64,000 nt of DNA from a virus (IMGVR_UViG_3300002141_000152:32001-96000), one strand, 5' to 3'; shown: positions 1-10,853, numbered from the stretch's first letter. Notes: generated by a model not told the origin, from the sequence alone. Program-made: numbers and translations.

Positions 1-51
1 TATTTACTTCCGTGGAGTATATGTTGGGCTGCCTGCTAAAAAAATATAATA

Positions 52-885
52 ATGAAACTTAGTGTATCATATATTGTATTTGATGGAGTTGAATTGCTAG
101 AACACTCAATTCGTCAAATTAGAAAGCATGCTAACCACATCAGCGTAATTTATCAGAATTTTTCATGGTTTGGAAAGAAATTATCTGCTGCTGATCTGAT
201 CATACTTAAATCTCTTGCACGTTCTGGACAAATTGATGAACTAATACTCTTTACTTCATTTGTGCCACTTCGAAACAAGACACAATCTTCAATTCTTACT
301 GCAAAGAGTTATGAGCGAGCTAAGAGACAGGTCGGTCTTTCTGCGGCTCTACGTAATTCATGTACTCACTATTTATGTATGGATGTAGACGAATTCTATA
401 CTTCTGATCAATTTGCAACCGCTAAAAATCTAATTAAGACTAGTGGATTTGAGTCAACTGCTGTTCGCTTAATTAATTATGTAAATATCCCAACTGTACA
501 TCGTGGATATGATTCAACTCGTGTCCCATTTATCTGTAAAATTTCAAATGCGTCAAAGATGAGTACCTCATTTTTTGTAAAATGTGATCCTACTCGAGGA
601 ATTTATCCAGTATCAGCTAAACGCCATGAATTTGCTCCAAATATTATTACTATGCATCACATGGAAACAGTACGCAAAGATATATTATTGAAGTATGATT
701 CAACTACTCGAATGATATTCAACCGTGAAAGAACACACGAGCTAATAAATAGTATAAAATCAGTAAATGAAAAAAGTAAATCAGTCAACTTTAAAAAAAT
801 AATATTTCCTGGGTTAAATCAAGTTACATTAACTACTTGTAAAAACATATTTGGAATACCTTACACTACATGGAAAAAACAATAA
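52..885 (+). CDS. Glycosyltransferase, GT-A/family 2-like
   Basis: N-terminal KLSVSYIVFDG strand and a DxD-type motif (LCMDVDEFY); adjacent to neuB. Confidence 0.7.
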   Translation: MKLSVSYIVFDGVELLEHSIRQIRKHANHISVIYQNFSWFGKKLSAADLIILKSLARSGQIDELILFTSFVPLRNKTQSSILTAKSYERAKRQVGLSAALRNSCTHYLCMDVDEFYTSDQFATAKNLIKTSGFESTAVRLINYVNIPTVHRGYDSTRVPFICKISNASKMSTSFFVKCDPTRGIYPVSAKRHEFAPNIITMHHMETVRKDILLKYDSTTRMIFNRERTHELINSIKSVNEKSKSVNFKKIIFPGLNQVTLTTCKNIFGIPYTTWKKQ

Positions 886-1757
886 TTATTGCAGAGGTAG
901 GGCTGAATTATGCCTATGGAACAGATCAATCGAAGTTCATAGAAAACGCAAAAGCTCTAATTGATGTTGCCGCTGTTTCTGGTGCAGATTATGTAAAATT
1001 CCAAAAACGGACGCCCGAACTATGTATACCTCTTGCCGAACGAGAAAAAATAAAGTCTGTTCCGTGGAGAAAAGAGGAAACTACTTATTTTCAATATAAG
1101 TTAGATATTGAATTTACAAAGGATCAATATCGAGAGATTGACGATTACTGTACTTCAAAGGGAATAAAATGGTTTGCTTCAGTATGGGATAAGGGAGCAG
1201 TTGATTTTATGCGAGGTTTCGAAACAATACTGCCAAACGGAAAATGGGGCACCATGACTAAAATACCTTCAGCCTTAATTAATGATTTAGAATTAGTCGA
1301 CTACGCTAGAAGCAGTGCAGAGTTTTTGCTTATCTCTACTGGGATGAGTACTCAAAAAGAAATTGATTCTGCGATTCAAGTCGGCTTGCCAGATGTTGTA
1401 TTTCATACAAATTCAACATATCCTGCACCAATAGAAGAATTAAATTTAGAGTATATAACATATCTTAAACATATTTCTATAGAATTTGAAAATAAATTTA
1501 AAATAGGATATTCGTCTCATGAAAGATCAATTGTTACTTGTGCTTCATCTATTTTATATGGAGCAACTTGGGTAGAGCGACATATCACTCTAGATAGAAA
1601 TTTATGGGGAAGCGATCAGTTAAGTTCATCTGATCTTCCTGAATTTGCATTGCTAATTAAAAACATTAGAGAAATTGAATCATCTAGAGGTACGTACGGA
1701 TTACGAAAAGTATTAAAATCTGAATTAGCAAAGAGAAAAACACTTAGAGGAAAATGA
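870..1757 (+). CDS. neuB: N-acetylneuraminate/nonulosonic acid synthase (NeuB family), apparently without the C-terminal SAF domain
   Basis: IIAEVGLN, GADYVKFQKR, KIPSA, ISTGMS, HTNSTYP, GYSSHE, VERHITLDR motifs. Confidence 0.92.
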   Translation: MEKTIIIAEVGLNYAYGTDQSKFIENAKALIDVAAVSGADYVKFQKRTPELCIPLAEREKIKSVPWRKEETTYFQYKLDIEFTKDQYREIDDYCTSKGIKWFASVWDKGAVDFMRGFETILPNGKWGTMTKIPSALINDLELVDYARSSAEFLLISTGMSTQKEIDSAIQVGLPDVVFHTNSTYPAPIEELNLEYITYLKHISIEFENKFKIGYSSHERSIVTCASSILYGATWVERHITLDRNLWGSDQLSSSDLPEFALLIKNIREIESSRGTYGLRKVLKSELAKRKTLRGK

Positions 1758-2056
1758 AGATCACACCAACAAAAATCTTTCAATTTATTGAAGGTAACCT
1801 CAAGATGCTTGGAGATAAAATGCATCTTCTACCAAAACACGAACGTGAACAAGTTCTATATCGGTCAATTGTCTGTAAAGATGATTGTATGGAATATGGA
1901 TACTGCGCCTACTGTGGATGTTCTGTTCCAGGTAAAATGTATGTGAAAGAGTCCTGTAATAACGGTGACCGCTTTCCAAATCTTATGAGTGCTCCAGATT
2001 GGGAGAAATTTAAACTTGAAAAAAATATTGAAATCGAAGGTGATATATTACATTGA
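1754..2056 (+). CDS. Hypothetical Cys-rich protein, possibly Zn-binding
   Basis: CKDDC...CAYCGC...C; ATGA overlap with neuB stop. Confidence 0.6.
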   Translation: MKITPTKIFQFIEGNLKMLGDKMHLLPKHEREQVLYRSIVCKDDCMEYGYCAYCGCSVPGKMYVKESCNNGDRFPNLMSAPDWEKFKLEKNIEIEGDILH

Positions 2057-2345
2057 TATTGACGATACTATTTGTACATTAGGCAGGACACTGGACTACT
2101 CAACTGCAATACCAAATCTTACTGCAATTGCTAAGGTCAACCTACTATACTCAGAAGGTCACCGCATCGTTTTCTGGACTGCTCGGGGCACTGGTTCTGG
2201 TCTGGATTGGAGACAATTAACTGAAGATCAACTCCTCTCTTGGGGCGTCCAGTATGATGAATTAAAGTTTGGAAAGCCAATATATGATGTATTTATTGAT
2301 GATAAAAATATGAATGCTGAGGATTGGTTAAATGAAGAAGACTAG
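2040..2345 (+). CDS. Small HAD-family phosphatase (capsule-biosynthesis phosphatase-like)
   Basis: DIDDT motif I, TARG motif II, KP..D.FIDDK motifs III/IV; likely GTG start at 2040. Confidence 0.8.
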   Translation: MIYYIDIDDTICTLGRTLDYSTAIPNLTAIAKVNLLYSEGHRIVFWTARGTGSGLDWRQLTEDQLLSWGVQYDELKFGKPIYDVFIDDKNMNAEDWLNEED

Positions 2346-2943
2346 AGTTCTTGTTTTAGGAAACGATCCACAAATTAATCAAATAGCTTTTGATAAACTT
2401 GCACTAGACGTTATTACGATCGGTGTAAATCGAATTTGGTTAAAGCATATCCCAAACTATTTTTTCTTTAATGATTATGATATTGTTGAAGACTTGGATG
2501 CTGCTCCAGAAATAAGAGCTAACCTTATTCAAAAGTCTAGCATTTTTGCAAGTGACTGGCTGCGACCTAGTGCTAAAAAGAGAAATGCGAATATTCCAAG
2601 TTGGGTGAAAGTATTTGAGAGAGCAGATAAATTACAATTTCCAGATGCAGTGTCTACTGGACTTCAGATTTTTTCTAGAGAATACAGCCAACAGACCAAT
2701 TGTATCTTCTATATTGCTGGCGTTTCTTTGACTTGGCAAGAACCAAGTCACTTTTGGAAAACATCAGACCACCGAACACGAAATAAGCATGGAGGTGATT
2801 GGTATACTCCAAGATTCGATAAAATGATCAATAATTTTAGAAGATTAAAGGGCCTAGGCTATACGATGGTCTCAGTCAACCCAACCTCTGCCCTAAATAA
2901 ATTTATCCGATATGAGAATATTGGAAATCTCTACCGTAAGTAA
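2332..2943 (+). CDS. Putative sugar transferase (MAF/DUF115-like Rossmann domain)
   Basis: VLVLGN, TIGVNRIW, P.YFFFND, IYIAGV pattern; last gene of the NeuB cluster. Confidence 0.5.
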   Translation: MKKTRVLVLGNDPQINQIAFDKLALDVITIGVNRIWLKHIPNYFFFNDYDIVEDLDAAPEIRANLIQKSSIFASDWLRPSAKKRNANIPSWVKVFERADKLQFPDAVSTGLQIFSREYSQQTNCIFYIAGVSLTWQEPSHFWKTSDHRTRNKHGGDWYTPRFDKMINNFRRLKGLGYTMVSVNPTSALNKFIRYENIGNLYRK

Positions 2944-3735
2944 TTACAACGATACTTTTACTGTCTTTGAAAGCGTACCTTCTTTGAAGGTGTTCACAAC
3001 TGCTGAAATCGCACCTGGAGTAGGTGGAAATTTTCCATCAATTGCACTGGCCATTGCAGTCAGTAATAGAAATAGGTTATCTCCTAATACCGCTGGTCCG
3101 GTTACTGGATTGTGGCCTACTTTTACGAAATTTCCGTTTATCCAAATATCATTTGATGCAGCTTCAATTTCGCTGCCAGAGGTCATCTCGATTCTAGAGT
3201 TGGCGTGCATTGTAATATTTCCGCCACGTAATTCAATAACTGATTGTGTTTGATCGTGCTCAATTGTAATTGCTTTATCACGACCGATATTTACCTTGGA
3301 ACCCTTTAGTTGCATTGTAATACCTTTGCTGATAGAGAACCATATTTTTAGTTCTTCATCTCCATCAAATAGAACAATATGTGAACCTAAATATTCTCCA
3401 TCTTTTCCAAGTTCTTCTCGAACATCGTCTCCGATTTCGTGTAAGGAATAGTATTCTGGTGAATATTGATTTCCATTATCAAAACGAACTGCCACTACTG
3501 ATCCCTTCTTTGGAACAGAAAGCGATCCTCCAAGACCACCTTTACCAAAGAATGCAGATTTTTGTTTAGGATATGCCCATGGTAAATCTTCAACTGCAAT
3601 ATCATCAAAGATACTAATCACCCGGATCTTTGCTCTGCCCTCTTTTCTAGGGTCATTTGGATCTTCAACAATTCCTAGAAATTGTTTATCAATTAAATCG
3701 CTTGCTCTTCTGTTTATATCGTGATTGCTTTCCAT
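2944..3735 (-). CDS. Baseplate spike/hub, gp5/VgrG-like OB-fold protein without lysozyme domain
   Basis: GIVEDPNDPRKEGRAKIRV...LPWA...VPKKGSVVAVRFDNG, then beta-helix-like repeats. Confidence 0.85.
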   Translation of the reverse strand: MESNHDINRRASDLIDKQFLGIVEDPNDPRKEGRAKIRVISIFDDIAVEDLPWAYPKQKSAFFGKGGLGGSLSVPKKGSVVAVRFDNGNQYSPEYYSLHEIGDDVREELGKDGEYLGSHIVLFDGDEELKIWFSISKGITMQLKGSKVNIGRDKAITIEHDQTQSVIELRGGNITMHANSRIEMTSGSEIEAASNDIWINGNFVKVGHNPVTGPAVLGDNLFLLLTAMASAIDGKFPPTPGAISAVVNTFKEGTLSKTVKVSL

Positions 3736-3766
3736 ATTAGATTATATCTTAAAACGGTGATTTGGT

Positions 3767-4825
3767 TTATTCGCCATACACATTTCCTAAATCTGTTACT
3801 GGCGGTTCTAGAAAATTACTCGCTGCTCCCAGTGCTGGATTAATTAATCCGCCGACTGTAGCTAGGGCATTCTGTATTTTTTGACTCTCCTGTTGAATAT
3901 TGTTACCGATTACTGGTAATCCAGAAAGAAATGATGCTGCGTTTTGTGCCAGAGTACCAACATTTCGTGCACTCCATGGGTTATGTATGCTTGATTTTAT
4001 TGCATCATCATATAATTTACTGCCATCTGCATATTTGCTTTCTTCTTCAAAGTAACCAATATTGATTTTGAACGAATTTGTTGCTGGTGTATTTTTTGGA
4101 GTAACATCGAGTTTAGCTCCTCCAGCAAAGGTATCAGAAAAATCAAATTCACACTGGCTACACTTAAATTTAATATAACCATACTGTTCTAATACATTAG
4201 ATAGGATATTTCCACCACCAACAATATTTCCAATCGCTCCAGTATTAACTCCTAGCAGAGTTGCGACATTTTGCCCAACTCCTGGAATTCGATATCGAAT
4301 ATTTCTAGCTTCTGCAACATATATGTCCATTGAGAACCATCTTAAATTATCCGGAACTCGTTCACGCATATATACTTTATCATACACTGCATTACGATAG
4401 ATATCTGCTAATTCGTTTATTCTTAAGTCAACTGCTTCAAGAGTAGAGACTGTTAGAGTTGCGGTCTTTCCTTTCCAACCCGTCTGCATATCAGTTGCGC
4501 CCTTCCACATTGCACCAAGTCCTTCAATACTTTGAAAATACCATGGTGCATCAAATGTTAGGAAGCGTAGGACATTCTTAAATACTTTTATGCCATGCGC
4601 TTTATCTTCATGGCCTCTATTTTTAAGAAAGGTAACCATACTGTCCTCCCTTTCGCCAAATAGTGGAGATACTGCAAGATGAGTTGAGTCATATACTATT
4701 TCTGCATCATCAAAATTAAAATCTAACGCAAATGTCAAGTAGGTAGGCTCATCATATGGATCGATGAAGGTGCCTTTTCTAAAATTGTCTACTTTATTTT
4801 TTATTCCATAAAAATTATGTGGCAT
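3767..4825 (-). CDS. Probable tail tube/baseplate-junction protein
   Basis: Position in baseplate module; beta-rich tube-like pattern (WYFQSIEGL, LEAVDLRI). Confidence 0.45.
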   Translation of the reverse strand: MPHNFYGIKNKVDNFRKGTFIDPYDEPTYLTFALDFNFDDAEIVYDSTHLAVSPLFGEREDSMVTFLKNRGHEDKAHGIKVFKNVLRFLTFDAPWYFQSIEGLGAMWKGATDMQTGWKGKTATLTVSTLEAVDLRINELADIYRNAVYDKVYMRERVPDNLRWFSMDIYVAEARNIRYRIPGVGQNVATLLGVNTGAIGNIVGGGNILSNVLEQYGYIKFKCSQCEFDFSDTFAGGAKLDVTPKNTPATNSFKINIGYFEEESKYADGSKLYDDAIKSSIHNPWSARNVGTLAQNAASFLSGLPVIGNNIQQESQKIQNALATVGGLINPALGAASNFLEPPVTDLGNVYGE

Positions 4826-4827
4826 TG

Positions 4828-6321
4828 TTAACTAGTTTTTTTAGATGGTGTCCATTCACGTCTTGATAAAAATAATTCTGTGTATAGACCGGCATGGTGC
4901 ATCGCATCATAGTGATATTTCGCTCCCGATACATAATAATATCCACTCAATTGGCTATCGACAGTCTGCCGATTTAATTTTTCATCATTTGGATCTTTTG
5001 GTTTCTGAGTTTCAGTCGGATCTGTTGCTTTCATCACTTTCTCTGCCTGCTGGATTGAAACCATTACTGGAATCGTAAATCCTCGAGCCACTTGAAAATT
5101 AATATTATCAACTGTTACTTTAAGACGAATTTTATCTAATTCTTTTAAATTATGTGAGTTTACTAAGCGCGCAGCATTCCATTCTGGATGATTATTTCCA
5201 TAATCAATATTCATCCACTTTTTAATTTCATTATTCGCTAAACTTAGTTCCGTTGGGACCAAATATTGATCTTGTGAACGATCAATACTTTTAATTGGGC
5301 TCATAAAGAAATCTTTTAACTTCTCGCCGGGTTTCTTTGTTGCCTTTAAGTGATCGTAATAGAAAATATGTTTTTTATATCCATGACTCTTAATAATTTG
5401 TCCCTGGTCTGAAAGTAAATTCATGGAGACAATATAATTCGGCTTGCCCTTATATTCTAATTCAGTTGTCAAATAATTAATCGTTGTTTCTTCTTCAAGT
5501 TGATCTCTAGTTGCAGAATCTTTTACATTTTGATTTATTCCGCTTGCTAGTGGATTTGCAGCAGTTAAAAAGGTTTTTTGAGCCTCTTCGACCTTTAATT
5601 GCTTATTTACTTCAATATAATTCAAATAGTAATACTTATCAATGAATGCCATAAAGAATGAATCATCATCCTGATAGGCGTGCTCTGCAATCGTCTGCAT
5701 AAATTGCAAAGTACCCATATTTGTATTAATCCAGGTCATCTTATCATTTGGCGTGCTTTCATTTTCAGCAAAACCTAAACCAATATTATCGCAGATCTTT
5801 TTAAGTGCATCTTTTGAATTTAGGTTAGGATAGCTCTTTGAAATATTCATATAGATCGTTGGAATATACAATTCGCCACGTACCATATATGTTATACCAA
5901 TTGAGACTCCGCTTCTTTCACCAGTGTATTTTGGTGGAATTGATTTGACTCCAGTAATTAAGAAGTCACAGCGAATAGGCTTAAGTTTTTCAGTACCGAC
6001 TTTTAAATACGCACTTAGTATAAGATCTGTCTTTGGAAAATATTCTCCAGCAAATTCTCCAAACTGATCAGTAAACGTTAATTGAATAGTTGGAATAAAA
6101 CCGGTCTCATCGATCGTCATGGTTTCAATATCCTTTACGATTTGTCCTCCGATTTTAATATAAGGAGCAGTTGATCCAGTTTTTTCTGCAGCGCTTGGTA
6201 AAGATTTTGGTGCTTTATATCCAGCCGGTGTTGTAGAATTAGCAGATGTGTCCTCTTCAAATAACGTCTTTAGCGGTACTTTCGGCAAGAGTGTTCCTTT
6301 TATAATTTGTCCAAATGACAT
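4828..6321 (-). CDS. Baseplate hub protein (gp27/gpD-like)
   Basis: Size and position between gp53-like and gp5-like genes; C-terminal LSGYYYVSG..Y...TELFLSRREW pattern. Confidence 0.6.
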   Translation of the reverse strand: MSFGQIIKGTLLPKVPLKTLFEEDTSANSTTPAGYKAPKSLPSAAEKTGSTAPYIKIGGQIVKDIETMTIDETGFIPTIQLTFTDQFGEFAGEYFPKTDLILSAYLKVGTEKLKPIRCDFLITGVKSIPPKYTGERSGVSIGITYMVRGELYIPTIYMNISKSYPNLNSKDALKKICDNIGLGFAENESTPNDKMTWINTNMGTLQFMQTIAEHAYQDDDSFFMAFIDKYYYLNYIEVNKQLKVEEAQKTFLTAANPLASGINQNVKDSATRDQLEEETTINYLTTELEYKGKPNYIVSMNLLSDQGQIIKSHGYKKHIFYYDHLKATKKPGEKLKDFFMSPIKSIDRSQDQYLVPTELSLANNEIKKWMNIDYGNNHPEWNAARLVNSHNLKELDKIRLKVTVDNINFQVARGFTIPVMVSIQQAEKVMKATDPTETQKPKDPNDEKLNRQTVDSQLSGYYYVSGAKYHYDAMHHAGLYTELFLSRREWTPSKKTS

Positions 6322-6908
6322 TAAAATAGATTTGCTTTAGTTAATTGCTGAATTAGTCTTGCTCTAGAAATAGGTACTGGGCAATTATCTTTTTTCACCT
6401 GAGTTACGTCTTCTCCAAAGATAACTTTACCATCTTTTACTTTCACATTCTTGTTTCCACCAGTATTTACATTTGGTGGAACTATTTCTTTTACTCTATC
6501 TTTTAGAGCCTCTAATCTCTTCTTATCTTTAACTGTTTTTGGATTAAGAAGTTTAGACTCATTACTGTCTTTCTTCTGTGCACCCTTATCTACTACCTGT
6601 TTAGGCGATACTAACATTGCTTCTAAACTTTTAAATTGTGGAGTAAGTAGAAGATCTCCTTCGTCTAGTGAAAATGGATTTGAAATTCCATTATATTTCA
6701 ATAGAGCTTCATAATATTGCTGATCTGCATAGAGTCTAATCGACAATAGGTCAGGACGCATTATTTCTTCTTCCTTTACTCGAATAATACCTTCAGAGAT
6801 ACCTGAGTCCTTTTCAAAATCAAATGATGAACTAATTAAGTCAATAATTCGATCTCCGACTGGAGTTGTAAAAATATTCTTTAATCTAAGTAGTCTAGTT
6901 ATTAACAT
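6321..6908 (-). CDS. Baseplate wedge protein, gp53/LysM-like
   Basis: RPDLLSIRLY...LLKYNGISNPFSLDEGDLLLTP signature. Confidence 0.8.
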   Translation of the reverse strand: MLITRLLRLKNIFTTPVGDRIIDLISSSFDFEKDSGISEGIIRVKEEEIMRPDLLSIRLYADQQYYEALLKYNGISNPFSLDEGDLLLTPQFKSLEAMLVSPKQVVDKGAQKKDSNESKLLNPKTVKDKKRLEALKDRVKEIVPPNVNTGGNKNVKVKDGKVIFGEDVTQVKKDNCPVPISRARLIQQLTKANLF

Positions 6909-6909
6909 A

Positions 6910-8826
6910 TTAGTCTTTTGTTTTTAGCTGTCTAAAGTAATCAGGTAGTGAGGGTGACTCTGCAAATTTTGTACCGTATGCTCTAGCAACCTTTGATTTA
7001 AAATAGCTTGCCAATTGATCTGCATTCTTAGTGCTTAACATTCCTTCAATTTCTTTACCAGTTTCAGTATTGACTTCAAATATTTGAGCACTTGATTGCG
7101 CTTGAGTAGGTGCTTGGCTTGCTGGAGTAGCAACATCACTCCTTCCTAGTCTTGCGTTATTTGCGGTGATACTATTGCGTTCTCCATAAGAGTTATATGA
7201 GGCCGATGATTGCGGCAATGCTGTGAATGCCATAGATCCACCACCAAAATTAAACATTGATTCAATATCCTGTTTTGCTCTAGGTCTACCGTGATCTAGT
7301 ATTACTGTGAATGTAACCTCGGTTGGAAAATCATCTAGGCCTAATGAATCTGAAAATTCAATTTTTGTGCTGGTCATGCATAAGTTTCCAATAACAGCCA
7401 GTGGATTCATTGGATTTCCAATAGTTAGGTGCCATTCGCCAACTGCTCTGCCGTCTAAGAATGAACGCATAAGCAGTGGAGTTGCCATTAATTGACTTAC
7501 CCAAGATCCAGCAATATTCTGTGCTGCTCGCGATTTTTGTACAGTAGCTAATACTCCACCCAAGTCTTTATCCGCTACTCCTTGTGCCATACTGCCGACT
7601 GCTTTTGTAAGCTCGGCTGCTTTTCCTTGCAATTGACTTAGCATATATTGAATAACCTCCTGGATTCCGCCAATAAAATCTCCCTCTTCAAATTTCTTAC
7701 TTGGTATTCCAGGAAGAATAAATCCAGTTTTTTGAAAGTATCGGATTCCTCCACCCCAAAATTCTGCTTTGTTATAGGTCAGCGATAAGAAGTTCGTAAT
7801 TAAGTCAAGCATCGCAATTCGAGGATTAATATTTGAAAAAGATCTTAATTTATATGCAAACCTCATAGTAATAGGATGTTTATATGTAAATCCTTGAGTA
7901 CGAATCTTGGTTGTATTAATCACGTTTAGTGGACCTCGAACACGATTCCAATACTGTCCTTCATCACCGTATGAGTCTTTAATCCACTGCTGTATCTTTG
8001 TATCATATCCAGTTGCAGCATATGGATTATCATTATTATTAAACATTGTCGCTAGTAGTATTGCGCGAAGATTTGGATTCTCTGCTTGTGTTATTCCACC
8101 AACATCTAGTATTGCTTCTGCGCCAATTTCATTTCCAGTGACATCTTGTACTTTCGCTGACTTGTCTGCCCAAGTCCACCCATACTCAATTCCAAGTAGG
8201 CTTGATAGTTTATTACCAGTCTCTCCGCCCCACCAAGTTACTGCCTGTGCAATAGGAATTAGCGGCGCTTTTGATTCAGCAATATGAACACTGTCTTCTA
8301 CTGGAATCGGATATCTGCGTAGAGTTAGCAGACGGTTATTTGGTATTTTTCCATACCATTTACACCATAAGAAGTCATTCCATTGATATGGAAGTGCACC
8401 GACTATTGTGTCTCCTTTATTTTGATCTCCACTTGCTGCTGCCCATTCAATTATCTTACCAGCTGTTGGATTTTCAGAGTATGCTTTGTGTTCTTGTATC
8501 GTTTTAACAGGACCTTTTGCACCTGCTTCCGCTTGATTTGCACTACTTATGTCATTTAGATCACGATGATATTCTGGAGAATAGTCTGCACCTCCAATTG
8601 ACCCATACTTTGCATATCTAAATACGTAAAATGGGTTGAATGCAGAATCTGTACCCTGAATAGGATGTGCCTCTCCTCCAGCACCGTCTACTGCTCCATA
8701 TACTTTAGCAGCATATGTGTCCTTCAGCTGAGGCAACGCATCAGTTATGCTAAGTAAATTATCAGTTGACTGTCCTGCTTCACCAGTGTTTGAGCTTCCT
8801 CCAAGTAAGAAATTACCTATAGACAT
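6910..8826 (-). CDS. Probable baseplate/tail-tube initiator structural protein
   Basis: First gene of baseplate operon behind late motif; C-terminal DDFPTEVTFTVILDHGRPR tube-like segment. Confidence 0.45.
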   Translation of the reverse strand: MSIGNFLLGGSSNTGEAGQSTDNLLSITDALPQLKDTYAAKVYGAVDGAGGEAHPIQGTDSAFNPFYVFRYAKYGSIGGADYSPEYHRDLNDISSANQAEAGAKGPVKTIQEHKAYSENPTAGKIIEWAAASGDQNKGDTIVGALPYQWNDFLWCKWYGKIPNNRLLTLRRYPIPVEDSVHIAESKAPLIPIAQAVTWWGGETGNKLSSLLGIEYGWTWADKSAKVQDVTGNEIGAEAILDVGGITQAENPNLRAILLATMFNNNDNPYAATGYDTKIQQWIKDSYGDEGQYWNRVRGPLNVINTTKIRTQGFTYKHPITMRFAYKLRSFSNINPRIAMLDLITNFLSLTYNKAEFWGGGIRYFQKTGFILPGIPSKKFEEGDFIGGIQEVIQYMLSQLQGKAAELTKAVGSMAQGVADKDLGGVLATVQKSRAAQNIAGSWVSQLMATPLLMRSFLDGRAVGEWHLTIGNPMNPLAVIGNLCMTSTKIEFSDSLGLDDFPTEVTFTVILDHGRPRAKQDIESMFNFGGGSMAFTALPQSSASYNSYGERNSITANNARLGRSDVATPASQAPTQAQSSAQIFEVNTETGKEIEGMLSTKNADQLASYFKSKVARAYGTKFAESPSLPDYFRQLKTKD

Positions 8827-8881
8827 TTGTTATATTTCTTTTTATTATTTATTGTGATTAAAAAAAGTATGCAAGTATTAC

Positions 8882-10633
8882 TTACTTACGTTGCATAAAA
8901 TCTGAAAAACTCGAAACTCTACTATTTACCACAGGTTTAGTCGACTTCTTTTTCTTCTTTTTAGTTGCCTTCTTAGTCGTCAACTTTCTACCTGGACCAA
9001 GAAGTGAAAGGGTGTCCATATCGCCAGCCAGACTTCCTGGAGTTTGCATCGTTTGTCCTGGTGATTCAGGATTTACTATTGCTCCTCCAGCGTCGCCTAA
9101 CCCGACCATATCTTCTTTAATCTGTTTCTTATCACCTCCAGGAACGATATTTGCTGTTTTCTCAGCATAATCTCTACCTGCCTGCTTACCGCCAATTGCT
9201 CCGACCGTTCCTCGAACAATTGAGTTAATTCCATTAAATACTGCAATATTTCTTTTACGTGCTTTTTGTGCATTTGCTTCATTACCTTTATCTGGAATAG
9301 CGCCAAGCATACCGGAAATAATTTGGCCTAAACCCTTAAGCACATTTCTAAGCGGGCTCTCCTTCTTACGATCCGCATCAGTTACTGGAAGAGGTACTCT
9401 AACATGCAAAGGTAGACGTATTTCTGGTTTTAATTGAAGTCCACTAAAATTACCAAGATTAAAATCTCTAGAAAGATAGTAGCTCTTAATCTCTTTTTCT
9501 TTTTCTGCGGTAACTGTTGCCAGACGTGCAATATAATTAGTTTCTTCCTTTTCTGCTAATTCGCCGTCTACTGCTCCTTTGATATAACTTAGTGTCCATG
9601 AATTATTCGCCATTAAGTAGGTAAGCTGATCTTCTTCTTTTGGGCTTTCTGTAACTCGGCCATTCGCCTCAAATTCTTTTGCTCTGGTCGCATCTCCTTT
9701 AAATACATATCGTTCAAGCGCAAGAGTCATCCATGGTAAATTCTTCTTTTCAAGAGTCTTGAACATTCTGAATAGTTCACCAGGAGTTTCAATAATATCA
9801 TTTGAGATTGTTGGTAATTTGGCATATTGAATACCTTTAATTAGTCTGCTATCTATAATACGCTTCTTTCTTTTAGTACTTACGCTTTCTTTTTTCTCAA
9901 CGACATCAATCTTTTTTTCTTTTGCATCAATCTTTTCTTTTAAGAATGTCGCAAGTCCAAGAAAATCCATTAGGTCTTTATATCGAAAAAATTTATCAGC
10001 GCCTTCTTCGGTTTCTGGAATATTATCAATCGTAGTACCTTCTGCAGATAATAATTTATCAAAATCAGCAGTTGCTCCAGATTTACATGTCACTATAATT
10101 TTGTCGATTTTTGTCTTGACGCTAGGGTCAACTGTTACTGATTCATTAGTTACCTCAGTTTGTCCAGTAAGTAATCGGTATATTTTTAAGAGTCTCTCAG
10201 TCACAGTTGTATATGATTTAAGTAGAGAGATAAATTTCATCTGATCACGGTCACGATCAATTGATGCTAGTGTATTAACAATACCTTCAGCGGCAGTCTT
10301 TTCTCTTTCTGCAAATTTATTTAAGAAATCAATACGTTTAGCATCAACTACAAGTATAAAGAAATCCTCCAGATGAGCATTTGTATTCTTTTCTAAATAG
10401 TCTAATGGAACAGCATCAAAAGCTTTCTCAAGTCCTTCAAATGATGTATCAATCGCATTTTTGCTATCGATATCACCACCGACGTTTGCTTCAATCTGAT
10501 TTTTAATTGAATTAAAGTCGATTACTGGCGAAGCGGCTACGACTGCTTCGTAGAGTGCTCTGTTTTTATTTAAAGTTAGGTATAAGTATTGAGAAAATCC
10601 CATTTTTACTGAAGTATTTTGATTATTTATCAA
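8882..10633 (-). CDS. Hypothetical virion-associated protein; true start possibly 10603
   Basis: Long ORF with late motif at 10623-10630; Lys-rich tail ending VSSFSDFMQRK. Confidence 0.6.
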   Translation of the reverse strand: MINNQNTSVKMGFSQYLYLTLNKNRALYEAVVAASPVIDFNSIKNQIEANVGGDIDSKNAIDTSFEGLEKAFDAVPLDYLEKNTNAHLEDFFILVVDAKRIDFLNKFAEREKTAAEGIVNTLASIDRDRDQMKFISLLKSYTTVTERLLKIYRLLTGQTEVTNESVTVDPSVKTKIDKIIVTCKSGATADFDKLLSAEGTTIDNIPETEEGADKFFRYKDLMDFLGLATFLKEKIDAKEKKIDVVEKKESVSTKRKKRIIDSRLIKGIQYAKLPTISNDIIETPGELFRMFKTLEKKNLPWMTLALERYVFKGDATRAKEFEANGRVTESPKEEDQLTYLMANNSWTLSYIKGAVDGELAEKEETNYIARLATVTAEKEKEIKSYYLSRDFNLGNFSGLQLKPEIRLPLHVRVPLPVTDADRKKESPLRNVLKGLGQIISGMLGAIPDKGNEANAQKARKRNIAVFNGINSIVRGTVGAIGGKQAGRDYAEKTANIVPGGDKKQIKEDMVGLGDAGGAIVNPESPGQTMQTPGSLAGDMDTLSLLGPGRKLTTKKATKKKKKKSTKPVVNSRVSSFSDFMQRK

Positions 10634-10648
10634 AAAAAAGAAAGGCGA

Positions 10649-10843
10649 TTAGTTACCGCCTTTTCTTTTGAATTTTGAATATGGTATTACCCACAGCTTT
10701 CGATTTATGTTCTTTTTCACATAATCAAAGATTGAGGTCGCCGGATCGTCTTCTGGGTGCTGCATTACGGAATGTCGTAAGGGTTCTTTACCTTTACGAT
10801 AATTTTCCAAGTTCTTCCAGCTTTCTGGTTTTTCTTTTTTCAC
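10649..10843 (-). CDS. Small basic hypothetical protein
   Basis: Fills the gap between co-oriented genes. Confidence 0.5.
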   Translation of the reverse strand: MKKEKPESWKNLENYRKGKEPLRHSVMQHPEDDPATSIFDYVKKNINRKLWVIPYSKFKRKGGN

Positions 10844-10853
10844 TGCATTGTAA

